NCBI RefSeq assembly: GCF_022045235.1
Contig: NW_027266297.1
Span: 682,001 to 746,000 of the forward strand
Source: Haliotis cracherodii
Taxonomy: Eukaryota
Direction of reading: 5' to 3'
DNA: 64,000 nucleotides
Part shown: in pieces, positions 34,109-46,993 of the stretch
Layout: every line of letters starts with the position of its first letter
Numbering within the stretch: position 1 is the first letter of the stretch
Notes under the pieces: generated by a model
Databases searched by the model: none
Told to the model about the DNA's origin: nothing
The model's input: only the letters and a program-made list of their open reading frames with translations
Made by a program: the position numbers and the translations under genes

Positions 34109-37100
34109 GTAACCACTGGTAGTTGTGTGGCTGCTACTATAGTGTGGCCAGCAGTAGGTGTGTGGCTTCTAGTATCATGTAACCAGCTGTAGTTGTGTGG
34201 CTTCTAGTATCATGTAACCAGCTTTAGCTGTAGCTGTGTGGACGCTAGTATCAGGTAACCAGCGGTAGTTGTTTGGCCTCTAGTATAATGTAACCAGCTG
34301 TAGTTGTTTGGCCGCTAGTATCAGGTAACCAGCTGTAGTTGTGTGGACGCTAGTATCATGTAGTCACATGTAGTTGTGTGGCTGCTAGTATAGTGTAACC
34401 AGCAGTAGTTGTGTGGACGCTAGTATAGTGCAACTAGCTGTAGTTGTGTGGATGCTAGTATCATGTAGTCACCTGTAGTTGTGTGGCCGCTAGTATAATG
34501 TAGCCAGCTGTAGTTGTGTGGCTTCTCGTATTGTGAAACCAGCTGTAGCTCTTGGGCTGCTTGTATAGTGTAACCAGCTGTAGTTGTGTGGCCTCTAGTA
34601 TAGTGTAACCAGCTGTAGTTGTGTGGCCGCTAGTATAGTGTAACCAGCTGTAGTTGTGTGGCTTCTAGTATCATTTAACCAGCTGTAGTTGTGTGGCCGC
34701 TAGTATAGTGGAACCAGCTGTAGTTGTGTGGCCGCTAGTATAGTGTAACCAGCTGTAGTTGTGTGGCCGCTAGTATAGTGTAACCAGCTGTAGTTGTGTG
34801 GCCGCTAGTATAGTGTAACCAGCTGTAGTTGTGTGGCCGCTAGTATAGTGTAACCAGCTGTAGTTGTGTGGCTTCTAGTATCATTTAACCAGCTGTAGTT
34901 GTGTGGCCGCTAGTATAGTGTAACCAGCTGTAGTTGTGTGGCCGCTAGTATAGTGTAACCAGCTGTAGTTGTGTGGCCGCTAGTATAGTGTAACCAGCTG
35001 TAGTTGTGTGGCCGCTAGTATAGTGTAACCAGCTGTAGTTGTGTGGCCGCTAGTATGGTGAAGCCAGCTGTAGTTGTGTGGCCGCTAGTATAGTGTAACC
35101 AGCTGTAGTTGTGTGGCCGCTAGTATAGTGTAACCAGCTGTAGTTGTGTGGCCGCTAGTATAGTGTAACCAGCTGTAGTTGTGTGGCCTCTTGGGCTGCT
35201 TGTATAGTGTAACCAGCTGTAGTTGTGTGGCCGCTAGTATAGTGTAACCAGCTGTAGTTGTGTGGCCGCTAGTATAGTGAAGCCAGCTGTAGTTGTGTGG
35301 CCGCTAGTATAGTGTAACCAGCTGTAGTTGTGTGGCTTCTAGTATCATTTAACCAGCTGTAGTTGTGTGGCCGCTAGTATAGTGTAACCAGCTGTAGTTG
35401 TGTGGCCGCTAGTATAGTGTAACCAGCTGTAGTTGTGTGGCCGCTAGTATAGTGTAACCAGCTGTAGTTGTGTGGCCGCTAGTATAGTGAAGCCAGCTGT
35501 AGTTGTGTGGCCGCTAGTATAGTGTAACCAGCTGTAGTTGTGTGGCCGCTAGTATAGTGAAGCCAGCTGTAGTTGTGTGGCCGCTAGTATAGTGTAACCA
35601 GCTGTAGTTGTGTGGCCGCTAGTATAGTGTAACCAGCTGTAGTTGTGTGGCCGCTAGTATAATGTAACCAGCTGTAGTTGTGTGGCCGCTAGTATAGTGT
35701 AACCAGCTGTAGTTGTGTGGCCGCTAGTATAGTGTAACCAGCTGTTGTTGTGTGGCTTCTAGTATCATTTAACCAGCTGTAGTTGTGTGGCAGCTAGTAT
35801 AGTGTAACCAGCTGTAGTTGTGTGGCCGCTAGTATAGTGTAACCAGCTGTAGTTGTGTGGCCGCTAGTATAGTGTAACCAGCTGTAGTTGTGTGGCCGCT
35901 AGTATAGTGTAACCAGCTGTAGTTGTGTGGCCGCTAGTATAGTGAAGCCAGCTGTAGTTGTGTGGCCGCTAGTATAGTGTAACCAGCTGTAGTTGTGTGG
36001 CCGCTAGTATAGTGTAACCAGCTGTAGTTGTGTGGCCGCTAGTATAGTGTAACCAGCTGTAGTTGTGTGGCTTCTTGGGCTGCTTGTATAGTGTAACCAG
36101 CTGTAGTTGTGTGGCCGCTAGTATAGTGTAACCAGCTGTAGTTGTGTGGCCGCTAGTATAGTGAAGCTAGCTGTAGTTGTGTAGCCGCTAGTATAGTGGA
36201 ACCAGCTGTAGTTGTGTGGCTTCTAGTATCATTTAACCAGCTGTAGTTGTGTGGCCGCTAGTATAGTGTAACCAGCTGTAGTTGTGTGGCCGCTAGTATA
36301 GTGTAACCAGCTGTAGTTGTGTGGCCGCTAGTATAGTGTAACCAGCTGTAGTTGTGTGGCCGCTAGTATAGTGTAACCAGCTGTAGTTGTGTGGCCGCTA
36401 GTATAGTGAAGCCAGCTGTAGTTGTGTGGCCGCTAGTATAGTGTAACCAGCTGTAGTTGTGTGGCCGCTAGTATAGTGTAACCAGCTGTAGTTGTGTGGC
36501 CGCTAGTATAGTGTAACCAGCTGTAGTTGTGTGGCTTCTTGGGCTGCTTGTATAGTGTAACCAGCTGTAGTTGTGTGGCCGCTAGTATAGTGTAACCAGC
36601 TGTAGTTGTGTGGCTGCTAGTATAGTGAAGCCAGCTGTAGTTGTGTGGCCGCTAGTATAGTGTAACCAGCTGTAGTTGTGTGGCCGCTAGTATAGTGTAA
36701 CCAGCTGTAGTTGTGTGGCCGCTAGTATAATGTAACCAGCTGTAGTTGTGTGGCTTCTTGGGCTGCTTGTATAGTGTAACCAGCTGTAGTTGTGTGGCCG
36801 CTAGTATAGTGTAACCAGCTGTAGTTGTGTGGCTTCTAGTATCATTTAACCAGCTGTAGCTGTGTGGCCGCTAGTATAGTGTAACCAGCTGTAGTTGTGT
36901 GGCCGCTAGTATAGTGAAGCCACCTGTAGTTGTGTGGCTGCTAGCATCATGTAACAGGCTGTAGTTGTGTGGACGCTGGTATCATGTAGTCAACTGTAGT
37001 TATGTGGCCGCTAGTATAGTGTAACCAGCTGTAGTTTTGTGGACGCTAGTATAGTGAAGCCACCTGTAGTTGTGTGGCTGCTAGCATCATGTAACAGGCT

Positions 37101-38730
37101 GTAGTTGTGTGGCCGCTGGTATCATGTAGTCAACTGTAGTTATGTGGCCGCTAGTATAGTGTAACCAGCTGTAGTTTTGTGGACGCTAGTATAATGTAGT
37201 CACCTGTAGTTGTGTGGCCGCTGGTATGACATAACCAGCTGTAGTTGTGTGGACGCTCGTATCATGTAGTCAACTGTAGTTTTGTGGATGCTAGTATCAT
37301 GTAGTCACCTGTAGTTGTGTGGCCGCTGGTATGATGTAACCATCTGTAGTTGTGTGGACGCTCGTATCATGTAGTCAATGGTAGTTATGTGGCCACTAGT
37401 ATAGTTTAACCAGCTGTAGTTGTGTGGACGCTAGTATCATGTTGTCACCTGTAGATGTGTGGCAGCTAGCATCATGTAACCAGCTTTTGTTGTGTGGCAG
37501 CTAGTATCATGTAACCAGCTGTAGTTGTGTGGCAGCTAGTATCATGTAACCAGCTGTAGTTGTTTGGCAGCTAGTATCATGTAACCAGCTGTAGATGTGT
37601 GGCCGCTAGTATCATGTAACCAGCTGTTGATGTGTGGCCACTAGCATCATGTAACCAGCTGTAGTTGTTTGGCAGCTAGTATCATGTAACCAGCTGTAGA
37701 TGTGTGGCCGCTAGTATCATGTAACCAGCTGTTGATGTGTGGCCACTAGCATCATGTAACCAGCTGTAGTTGTGTGGCCGCTAGTATCATGTAACCAGCT
37801 GTAGTTGTGTGGCAGCTAGTATCATGTAACCAGCTGTAGTTGTTTGGCAGCTAGTATCATGTAACCAGCTGTAGATGTGTGGCCGCTAGTATCATGTAAC
37901 CAGCTGTTGATGTGTGGCCACTAGCATCATGTAACCAGCTGTAGTTGTTTGGCAGCTAGTATCATGTAACCAGCTGTAGATGTGTGGCCGCTAGTATCAT
38001 GTAACCAGCTGTTGATGTGTGGCCACTAGCATCATGTAACCAGCTGTTGATGTGTGGCCACTAGCATCATGTAACCAGCTGTAGTTGTGTGGCCACTAGC
38101 ATCATGTAACCAGCTGTAGTTGTGTGGCCACTAGCATCATGTAACCAGCTGTAGTTGTGTGGCCACTAGCATCATGTAACCAGCTGTAGTTGTGTGGCCG
38201 CTAGTATCATGTAACCAGCTGTAGTTGTGTGGCCACTAGCATCATGTAACCAGCTGTAGTTGTGTGGCCGCTAGTATCATGTAACCAGCTGTAGTTGTGT
38301 GGCCGCTAGCATCATGTAACCAGCTGTAGTTGTGTGGCCGCTAGCATCATGTAACCAGCTGTAGTTGTGTGGCCACTAGCATCATGTAACCAGCTGTAGT
38401 TGTGTGGCCACTAGCATCATGTAACCAGCTGTAGTTGTGTGGCCACTAGCATCATGTAACCAGCTGTAGTTGTGTGGCCACTAGCATCATGTAACCAGCT
38501 GTAGATGTGTGGCCACTAGCATCATGTAACCAGCTGTAGTTGTGTGGCCACTAGCATCATGTAACCAGCTGTAGTTGTGTGGCCACTAGCATCATGTAAC
38601 CAGCTGTAGTTGTGTGGCCACTAGCATCATGTAACCAGCTGTAGATGTGTGGCCACTAGCATCATGTAACCAGCTGTAGTTGTGTGGCCGCTAGTATCAT
38701 GTAACCAGCTGTAGTTGTGTGGCCGCTAGT
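34109..38730. repeat. 35-bp minisatellite, ~130 copies (4.6 kb)
   Basis: Unit GTAACCAGCTGTAGTTGTGTGGCCGCTAGTATAGT; a TATAGT-variant domain is followed by an ATCAT-variant domain. Confidence 0.97.
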
Positions 38731-39179
38731 TTCTTAGTCTCCACCCAGACATGTCTCACTGGCAGACATCGTGCAACCCTCATCAAGCCTGCAGATGGTC
38801 GCTATGGTGGAAGTTTCGCAGACATGTCTATCCTAATGATTTTAGTGTAAACAGAGCTAAGGATTTCAATCAAAAACCCAATTTTTCTCAACCCATTTCT
38901 ATGGATTCTTTTTCAAGAGAGAAAATAAACAACTATCTCACTAAGCATTGTGCAATATAGGGGCGGTAGGGATCAGGTCAACTCTTCAGTGGCAGTCGAG
39001 TCAAATTTGGTATTGATAATTAACATGCTTAGAGAGAGGTTCCATTGTAGATACTTAAAGCATTTTGTAGGATTATAGCTGAAGACACTTATAATATTTT
39101 TTTTTGTCACTGGGGTCGGCTTGTCTGCAGAAATGTGGTAGGACTTACATCTGTCTGCTTGTCCGCTGATACTTGGCAC

Positions 39180-39405
39180 CACGTGAAGACGGTTAGAATT
39201 GATCTTCAGCAACCCATTCTTGTTGCAAGAGGCGACTAACAGGATCGGGTGGTCAGGCTCGCTGACTTGGTTGATGTATATAATCGTATCACTATTGTGT
39301 AGATCAGTGCTCATGAAGTCAATCACTGGCTTGTCTTGTTCATGCTTGATTATTTACAGACTGCCATCACATAGTTTGAATATTGCCAAGTGCAGTGTTA
39401 ACAAT
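39180..39405 (+). mobile_element. Repeat family A, full-length sense copy
   Basis: CGTGAAGAC...GATCTTCAGCAACCCAT...AAGAGGCGACTAACAGGATCGGGTGGTCAGGCTCGCTGAC... Confidence 0.8.
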
Positions 39406-39597
39406 CAGATACTTGTTGAGTGACATCATTGGTCAGAGTTGGTCACATGTCCCGTGTCACGTGACACATGTCTGGTGGTGGTGGTGGTGGTGAGATCTAC
39501 AGCTTGTTGGTCTATAGGCTGCCTTGTAGCATGTGCCTGCTTACAGCCAGATTCCTACTGGTTGGTATACAGCATGTATTGTGCTACAGTTTGGCTG

Positions 39598-40425
39598 AAC
39601 ATGCATGTGTGTAGATTGTAGATTATATAACATGCATGTATGTAGATTGTAGATTATATAACATGCATGTGTGTAGATTGTAGATTATATAACATGCATG
39701 TATGTAGATTGTAGATTATATAACATGCATGTGTGTAGATTGTAGATTATATAACATGCATGTGCGTAGATTGTAGATTATATAACATGCATGTGCGTAG
39801 ATTGTAGATTATATAACATGCATGTGTGTAGATTGTAGATTATCAAACATGCTTGTGCGTAGATTGTAGATTATCTAACATGCATGTGTGTAGATTGTAG
39901 ATTATCTTACATGCATGTGTGTAGATTGTAGATTATATAACATGCTTGTGCGTAGATTGTAGATTATATAACATGCATGTGTGTAGATTGTAGATTATAT
40001 AACATGCATGTGTGTAGATTGTAGATTATATAACATGCATGTGCGTAGATTGTAGATTATATAACATGCATGTGTGTAAATTGTAGATTATCTAACATGC
40101 ATGTGTGTAGATTGTAGATTATATAACATGCATGTGCGTAGATTGTAGATTATATAACATGCATGTGTGTAGATTGTAGATTATCTAACATGCTTGTGCG
40201 TAGATTGTAGATTATCTAACATGCATGTGTGTAGATTGTAGATTATCTTACATGCAAGTGTGTAGATTGTAAATTATCTAACATGCTTGTGCGTAGATTG
40301 TAGATTATCTAACATGCATGTGTGTAGATTGTAGATTATCTAACATGCATGTGTGTAGATTGTAGATTATATAACATGCATGTGCGTAGATTGTAGATTA
40401 TATAACATGCATGTAATTAGATTGT
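39598..40425. repeat. 31-bp minisatellite, ~26 copies
   Basis: Unit AACATGCATGTGTGTAGATTGTAGATTATAT. Confidence 0.96.
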
Positions 40426-40477
40426 ACATTAATTCTTATTTACGATGTATGGTAGACTATGGCTATCGGCCTGTGCA

Positions 40478-40727
40478 GCATGTATTCTTGTCTAACAGCC
40501 AATGAATGTCTTATAAGCAAGAAGCTGCCTGGAGCCGTGTGTTATTTGCCAGGGCACTGCATGTATTCATGTCTAATAGCTAATGAATGTCTAATAAGCT
40601 AGAAGCTGCCTGGAGTCGTGTGTTACTTGCCAGGGCGCTGCATGTATTCACGTCTAACAGCCAATGAATGTCTAATAAGCAAGAAGCTGCCTGGAGTCGT
40701 GTTACTTGCCAGGGCGCTGCATGTATT
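40478..40727. repeat. ~80-bp tandem triplication
   Basis: GCATGTATTC...AATGAATGTC...AAGCTGCCTGGAG...TTGCCAGGGC repeated three times. Confidence 0.85.
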
Positions 40728-41358
40728 TGTAGGGAATCCTTCAGCAGGACAGAGTCAATTACTATTATCAGATGACACTATGCACGATAGTGTTGAAAAA
40801 TTATAAAGGAAACTGCTGGGTTTTTTTTACATCTTCTGCAACTGTAAATACATAAAAGATCAAATATTCACAGTCTATATGTTAGGCTGCGTGTGTATTA
40901 GGAAGCCCAGACCAGTTTGTTTTCTTGTTTTACAAGCCTACCACCTCTCTTACCCTTTATGTAAATTTGAAAACACACTCAAAAATTTGCCTTTTTTCCT
41001 CATCTCTTTGCTTGTATACACTGTATATGTTTGTGTGTACTTATTTTGAGATATATCTACGGAACCAACTCTAACCTGACAATGTTGTTACTTTGCACCC
41101 TGCATTTGGCAACTCTACCAACTGATGTGTAAAACAAGAATTTGAAATGGTCTGAAGCATATTAATCTGTGAGTGTAATTAGTTTCTGCATCATCATCCA
41201 TGTGAGATGAGCACTGCTACATCAGCAGCAATCAGGGACTGACTTCCATGTTGTGTTTCTGTATGCTTGCCAGGATTGTGACTCTGTCCATGGTAGGTAT
41301 GCAGTGTGCTGTGATGAAGGCCGGTGTAGCTGTCCCACAAGTGTGCTGCTCCTGGTGT

Positions 41359-41597
41359 ACACTGGGACATTGTTTGCACTGGGACATTGTTTATATTGGG
41401 GCATTGTTTGCACTGGGACATTGTTTATATTGGGGCATTGTTTGCACTGGGACATTGTTTATATTGGGGCATTGTTTGCACTGGGACATTGTTTATATTG
41501 GGACATTGTTTGCACTGGGACATTGTTTTTATTGGGATATTGTTTGCATTGGGACATTGTTTATATTGGGACATTGTTTACTGTGGGACATTGTTTA
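41359..41597. repeat. Alternating ~17-18-bp minisatellite
   Basis: CACTGGGACATTGTTTG / ATATTGGGGCATTGTTT. Confidence 0.9.
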
Positions 41598-41984
41598 CTT
41601 ATTATGGCTAGCTTCAACCTCCACCAAACACCACATTTAACACTGCCTTCAGACATCTGTCTGCCAGTTCACACATAGGGGACTATCATGGACACTTTTC
41701 ATCCCTTAAGTCCCAAAACATTTACATTTAAGTGTCCCAAATATTTGGACTGAATATGTATTGTATGAATGATTCAATTTTTATCCTTGCTGATGTTTTC
41801 TATACACAATAACAGCATCCAAACCAGATGTTTGGTGTACTTAAAGGTGAATGATTTCAGAACTAGGAGGTGTAAAATGTCCGTGACATTCTCTGATGGT
41901 CATCTGATAGAGCTTGTGTGGAGTAGTATCAGCATCGGACTCCATAGGACCGTGATTGTGGGAGGGATCCACCGCAGAGTGTGA

Positions 41985-42320
41985 TGACCGGTAGAGGGTT
42001 CTGACCAGTAGAGGGTTCTGACCAGTACAGTGTTCTGACCAGTAGAGGGTTCTGACCAGTAGATGGTTCTGACCAGCAGAGGGTTCTGACCAGGAGAGGG
42101 TTCTGACCAGCAGAGGGTTCTGACCAGCTGAGGGTTCTGACCAGTAGAGGGTTCTGACCAGCAGAGGGTTCTGACCAGCAGAGGGTTCTGACCAGCAGAG
42201 GGTTCTGACCAGTAGAGGGTTCTGACCAGTAGAGGGTTCTGACCAGTAGATGGTTCAGACCAGTAGAGGGTTCTGACCAGTAGATGGTTCAGACCAGTAG
42301 ATGGTTCTGACCAGTAGATG
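41985..42320. repeat. 17-bp minisatellite, ~20 copies
   Basis: Unit TGACCAGTAGAGGGTTC. Confidence 0.95.
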
Positions 42321-43794
42321 TCTGATTGTAACAGGGGAGCAGCACATGGCGATGATTTGTCAGGTGGTCTACAGCTAGTTGCCGGCCTGACTATAGCCTC
42401 CGTGTGTGTGTGCTGGGACTTGTTGTTATCTCAATTCTTTAGTATTTGGAATGTGTTTGGTTGTGATGGATTTGCCTCTTTGTGGTAAACTGTTTTTCCC
42501 TAGTCTATTATCGCTGTTTCATCTTTTAATTTATAATAATCTGCAAGCTCACCTTGGCCACAGGTCCATGTGAATGTGTGGCATGGCATGTTGTCTCTAT
42601 CTATCCATCCATCCATCCATCCGTCCGTCCGTGATACATACCACTAGAACAGTTTCCAAGGAGTATTTGTCAAATGAAATTTGAGAGTTCCATTTGACTG
42701 ACATTTTGTTTTCCAAGTACATGTAACTTATTGCAAGGCATCAACAGAAGCTAATAGTAGCAGACACCAGTAACAGACTTCCAACATCTGATTAACACAA
42801 TTACTCCACTTGGCCAGGTGAGCTATGGAATCCTTTGGTTGATGGTTACCTGTACTTCCCGTAGTCCTGCCCATTAATTTGTTACCAAAGTGCTAACTAA
42901 TTAAACATGATATTAGAATAAATTATTCCTGCTAAAATAATAGTTTCCGATACAATTCTTCCGATCATTGTATCAAAATTCTTTAAAGTTCTATTAGTTG
43001 GTAATTTTTAACCAAATCACTGGTAGATTCCGAGAAACGCTGATTGCTACTTTTGGCTTACCGGTAGTTTACGAGAAAATACAGACGGTAATCTTAATCT
43101 CTGCATATTTAATAATCCTTATCAGAACTGGAAAAACAATTAAATAGGTATATCATCATGTCTAGTGTTTTTTTTATCTCTTTTTTTCAAATTTGTCTTG
43201 ACCAAGTTTAATTTTTATGATCTGTTTGTTTCCCTGAATTTGCTGAAGGCATAAATGTAATTTTTTCTGGTGAAGACAAACACATTTCTATTGCAAATGT
43301 AGGGATTGTGTATGTGCTGGTGACGTGCTTCATTCCGATTCACTTTGTAGACGGGGTTTGTAAATTAGCATCCATTTTGAAGGCCTATACACGGGGTCAC
43401 TTTATAGACGGCGATATACGGTAGGTCTGTCTCCACGGCCTACAGCAGCTCCTTGTGTTTGCTGTCCACATCCAGCAACTCACACTCATGTTCTTCAAAT
43501 GGAAACTCTCATAATACAATGATGACATTATGTAAGACATGACCTGCTTTGAGAGTATGCGAGTTTGTGTTCCTCAACAGACAATCCTAACCCCCAGATG
43601 TATCTAGATGTCTCCCTGACTGTTTCTCACTTGCTTCCAACACATATTCTTGATGGTTGGCTTCCATTATTTGTGAGGCATTTTGTGCTCAGTGTGTTTT
43701 TTATTCATATTTTCTATTTCTTTTCTTTAATCTGATAACAAAATGTGTAAAGACAAAAACATTGTCGCTTGAATACATCATCACTGATGACATG

Positions 43795-44362
43795 AATTTC
43801 TCTTTTCACAGACACGTTGATCATCAATACCTACACACTGCTATTTCTCTGTTTACAGACACATCATCAATACCTACACACCGCTGTTTTTTTGTTCTCA
43901 CACATTATCAATACCTAGACACCACTATTTCTTTGTTCTCACACATTATCAATACCTACACACACACACACTATTTCTCTGTTCACAAACACATTTTCAA
44001 TACCTACACACCACTATTTTTTTGTTCTCACACATTATCAATACCTAACACACACACACACACACACTATTTCTCTGTTCACAGACACATCATCAATACC
44101 TACACACACACTATTTCTCTGTTCACAGACACATCATCAATACCAACACACCTCTATTTCTCTGTTCACAGACACATCATCAATACCAACACACCTCTAT
44201 TTCTCTGTTCACCGACACATCATCAATACCAACACACCTCTATTTCACTGTTCACAGACGTATTATCAATACCAACACACCTCTATTTCTCTGTTCACAG
44301 ACACATCATCAATACCTACACACCGCTATTTCTCTGTTCACAGACACATCATCAATACCTAC
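43795..44362 (+). repeat. ~43-bp minisatellite of duplicated acceptor junctions, ~13 copies
   Basis: Unit CTATTTCTCTGTTCACAG|ACACATCATCAATACC(T/A)ACACAC; the last copy continues into a unique exon-like sequence. Confidence 0.9.
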
Positions 44363-44422
44363 GGCCCTTCCAGCTGGCACCGACTCCCACACTTCAAGCA
44401 CACATCGATGAAAAGACAGTGG
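44344..44422 (+). CDS. AGBL5: Tentative AGBL5 exon 15 (HIINTYGPSSWHRLPHFKHTSMKRQW)
   Basis: Strong acceptor TTTCTCTGTTCACAG| and donor TGG|GTAAGC; open frame, phases 2 to 0. Confidence 0.5.
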
Positions 44423-44444
44423 GTAAGCATAACCTGCCCTCTGA

Positions 44445-44757
44445 ACCTGGTAGAGGTGGTCTGGTGGGGATTCTAGAGTAGAACAAGTCCCCAGTAGACC
44501 ATGCTTACAGAGCCGACCAGGTGGAGATGTGTGGTCAAGCTGTGTGGACCTGGTAGAGGTGGTCTGGTGGGGATTCTAGAGTAGAACAAGTCCCCAGTAG
44601 ACCATGCTTACAGAGCCGACCAGGTGGAGATGTGTGGTCAAGCTGTGTGGACCTGGTAGAGGTGGTATGGTGGGGATTCTAGAGTAGAACAAGTCCCCAG
44701 TAGACCATGCTTACAGAGCCGACCAGGTGGAGATGTGTGGTCAAGCTGTGTGAACCT
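44445..44757. repeat. 103-bp tandem triplication
   Basis: ACCTGGTAGAGGTGG starts at 44445, 44548 and 44651. Confidence 0.93.
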
Positions 44758-45161
44758 GCTGATGGTGTGATTGTAACCCAGTGATGTCACAAAGGTGTCC
44801 CTTTGCTCTGTCAGGATCCATTGGTTGTGGGATTGATTAAGATGCTTACTTGGTCATTATTGTCTAACAAAGTTTTTTGTAAATGGTTCCAATCTGCGGT
44901 ACTTTGGTCTTACCTCCCACATTATGCTGACACAGCATGTTATGATAACTAACCAGTCCTATCCACTACCAATGCTGTTATGCTGTTGAGGACCCCTAAT
45001 GGCAACTAGATATCAGTATTTTATATGTCTGCATGACTCGATAGACGGAAGTGTTCATGCAATTATCAGCTACATAGCTTCACATGTGTTTTACTGCAAT
45101 GAAATTTGAAGATAAGCAAATGTTATGAACTCCGCTTATTGAAAATGTTCTCCGTTGTGAG

Positions 45162-45254
45162 GACCCCTCTACTGCTGTTCCCCGCACCTTCCTCGGCCCC
45201 CCAGCAACTAGTCAACCCTCCAGCAACACTGACGTCTTCTGGGTCAACTTCTGA
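45162..45254 (+). CDS. AGBL5: Tentative AGBL5 terminal exon (DPSTAVPRTFLGPPATSQPSSNTDVFWVNF*)
   Basis: Phase 0 fits and it ends in TGA at 45252-45254, but it needs an uncommon GAG acceptor (TTCTCCGTTGTGAG|). Confidence 0.35.
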   Translation, partial: DPSTAVPRTFLGPPATSQPSSNTDVFWVNF

Positions 45255-46162
45255 TAGATGCCAATGACTGCTGCAATGAAAGACATCACCAGTGGTTGCC
45301 AGGGGAGGCAACTCATCATCCCGGTCTGTGCCAGAACATACCAGTGTACATCTATCCCCCGACCTGCTGGATGGTGGGTGTCGGTGATGTGTGTTGAAGC
45401 CTGTCTGGAAGGCAGTATTACAAGTTTATTGTTGAGGAACAGAATTGTCTTCATACTAACATCGAACTATAGTTTTAGACTAGAATTCTGAAGAAGGTGA
45501 AACTTCAGTCTCTCAGTTCATCCAACTGTAGACATGCAAGGAGCAAGTTAGGTGCCATGTTTTTTCAGAAACATTCTTTTTCCAACTTGATAAACATGGT
45601 TCAACATACTTGATTAAGGTAGAATACTCTCTATAATAAGATCATCATTTTACTAATGACATTTCTTCCTGACTTACATTTAAGTCACAAGCATTTCTTT
45701 TTACATATCGATAGGTGACAGTTCAATACTCTTGCTGTTGAATTAGTATGTATTGTTTAACATGTAACTATATGACATAACATTTAAACCCATAGCAGGG
45801 GAGCTGCCTTCAGGCCGATTACTGTTGGGATGTAGAATCGATTTCAACCATGTATGTGTTAGTCTGCATAACGTTGAGAGTTCTGATAGCAGGATGTGAT
45901 ATCATTGTCATCAAACCAGGATCAAACCAGGATATCACCAGGATATCACCATTGCCATGTTCACACAATGAGGCCCTGGTGGGGTGGGGAGTATATACAA
46001 CATCACTTACCGGTATACAAGCCCATATCATATGTCATCACCGCATTTACATATCATGTGTGTCGGTCTTCATCACATTCACACATCACATATTGTCAAC
46101 AGTACACCATGGACTGTATAATGTCTGTGGAATCAGATCATCTCACATCGAGGGTTACTCTA

Positions 46163-46993
46163 CTGAACAACATATTCCTGTGACATTCAATAAGATTTAA
46201 TGCAAAGTTATGTTTTTTACCAAATCTGAAACAATTTCGGTTTGCAACAGATAAAAGACTCCTGTAAGTGTTAAAATGGTTTAATTTGCAATACTGACTC
46301 CAGAAAATGCATGATTTCATAAAAAACATGAACATGCCAAAATATCAATTTACAAATCAATAACGTGTGTGTCCACCTCTCGTTGCGATGCAGGCAACAC
46401 ATCTTCGTCTCATGGAATGGACCAGGCGTCCGCCAAGGTCCTGCACATCTGAGGCGGCGACGTACAGTTTGTGAACATATTCGTCGAAGGCCAGGGATGC
46501 TTCTTGCAGTCACTGTTGCTGGCTGGAATCAATTTCGTAGGTGTGTTGTTCGAATCCAGTGGTCTTGTCGATTATTGGTTACGCGTGGCCTGCCACTCTG
46601 AGGATGGTCTCTGACTGCATTCGTCTGTTGCCAATGCTGCCATGAACACCAATAGTGTTTCTATGGACATTCAATTGTCTTGCAACATGACGTTGACTCG
46701 ATCCTGCTTCAAGCATACAAATGGCTCGCAGACACTTATTTTGTTATTTTTCTGAGTGGTTGTTGTCAGCACGATGCTAAACAATGCATATGGAATCCAG
46801 TTAACGCACATGTTTTTATACCAATTCTTGGGTAGTGAAATGCATGGGGCTTGCATAAAAGTCAACTTTTGCATGGAATGCATGCTTTTCTGTGACTTGA
46901 TTCCATACATGTACTACAATATTCAAAAACCAAACTTTACTTGTTTGAAAAATACTCTAAAATATTGGTGTCACAGGAACTTTTGTTGTTGAG
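46163..46993 (-). mobile_element. Internally deleted Tc1 transposon
   Basis: TIRs CTGAACAACATATTCCTGTGACA / TGTCACAGGAACTTTTGTTGTTGAG with TA flanks. The - strand encodes degenerate MLEAGSSQRHVARQLNV...SGRPRVT...SQTVRRRL joined directly to the C-terminal SMRRRCVACIATRGGHTRY. Confidence 0.85.

Noticed and set aside
41860-41984. Possible phase-2 terminal exon (TRRCKMSVTFSDGHLIELVW...)
   Set aside because: Weak pyrimidine tract and no homology; the 44344 exon has better splice signals.
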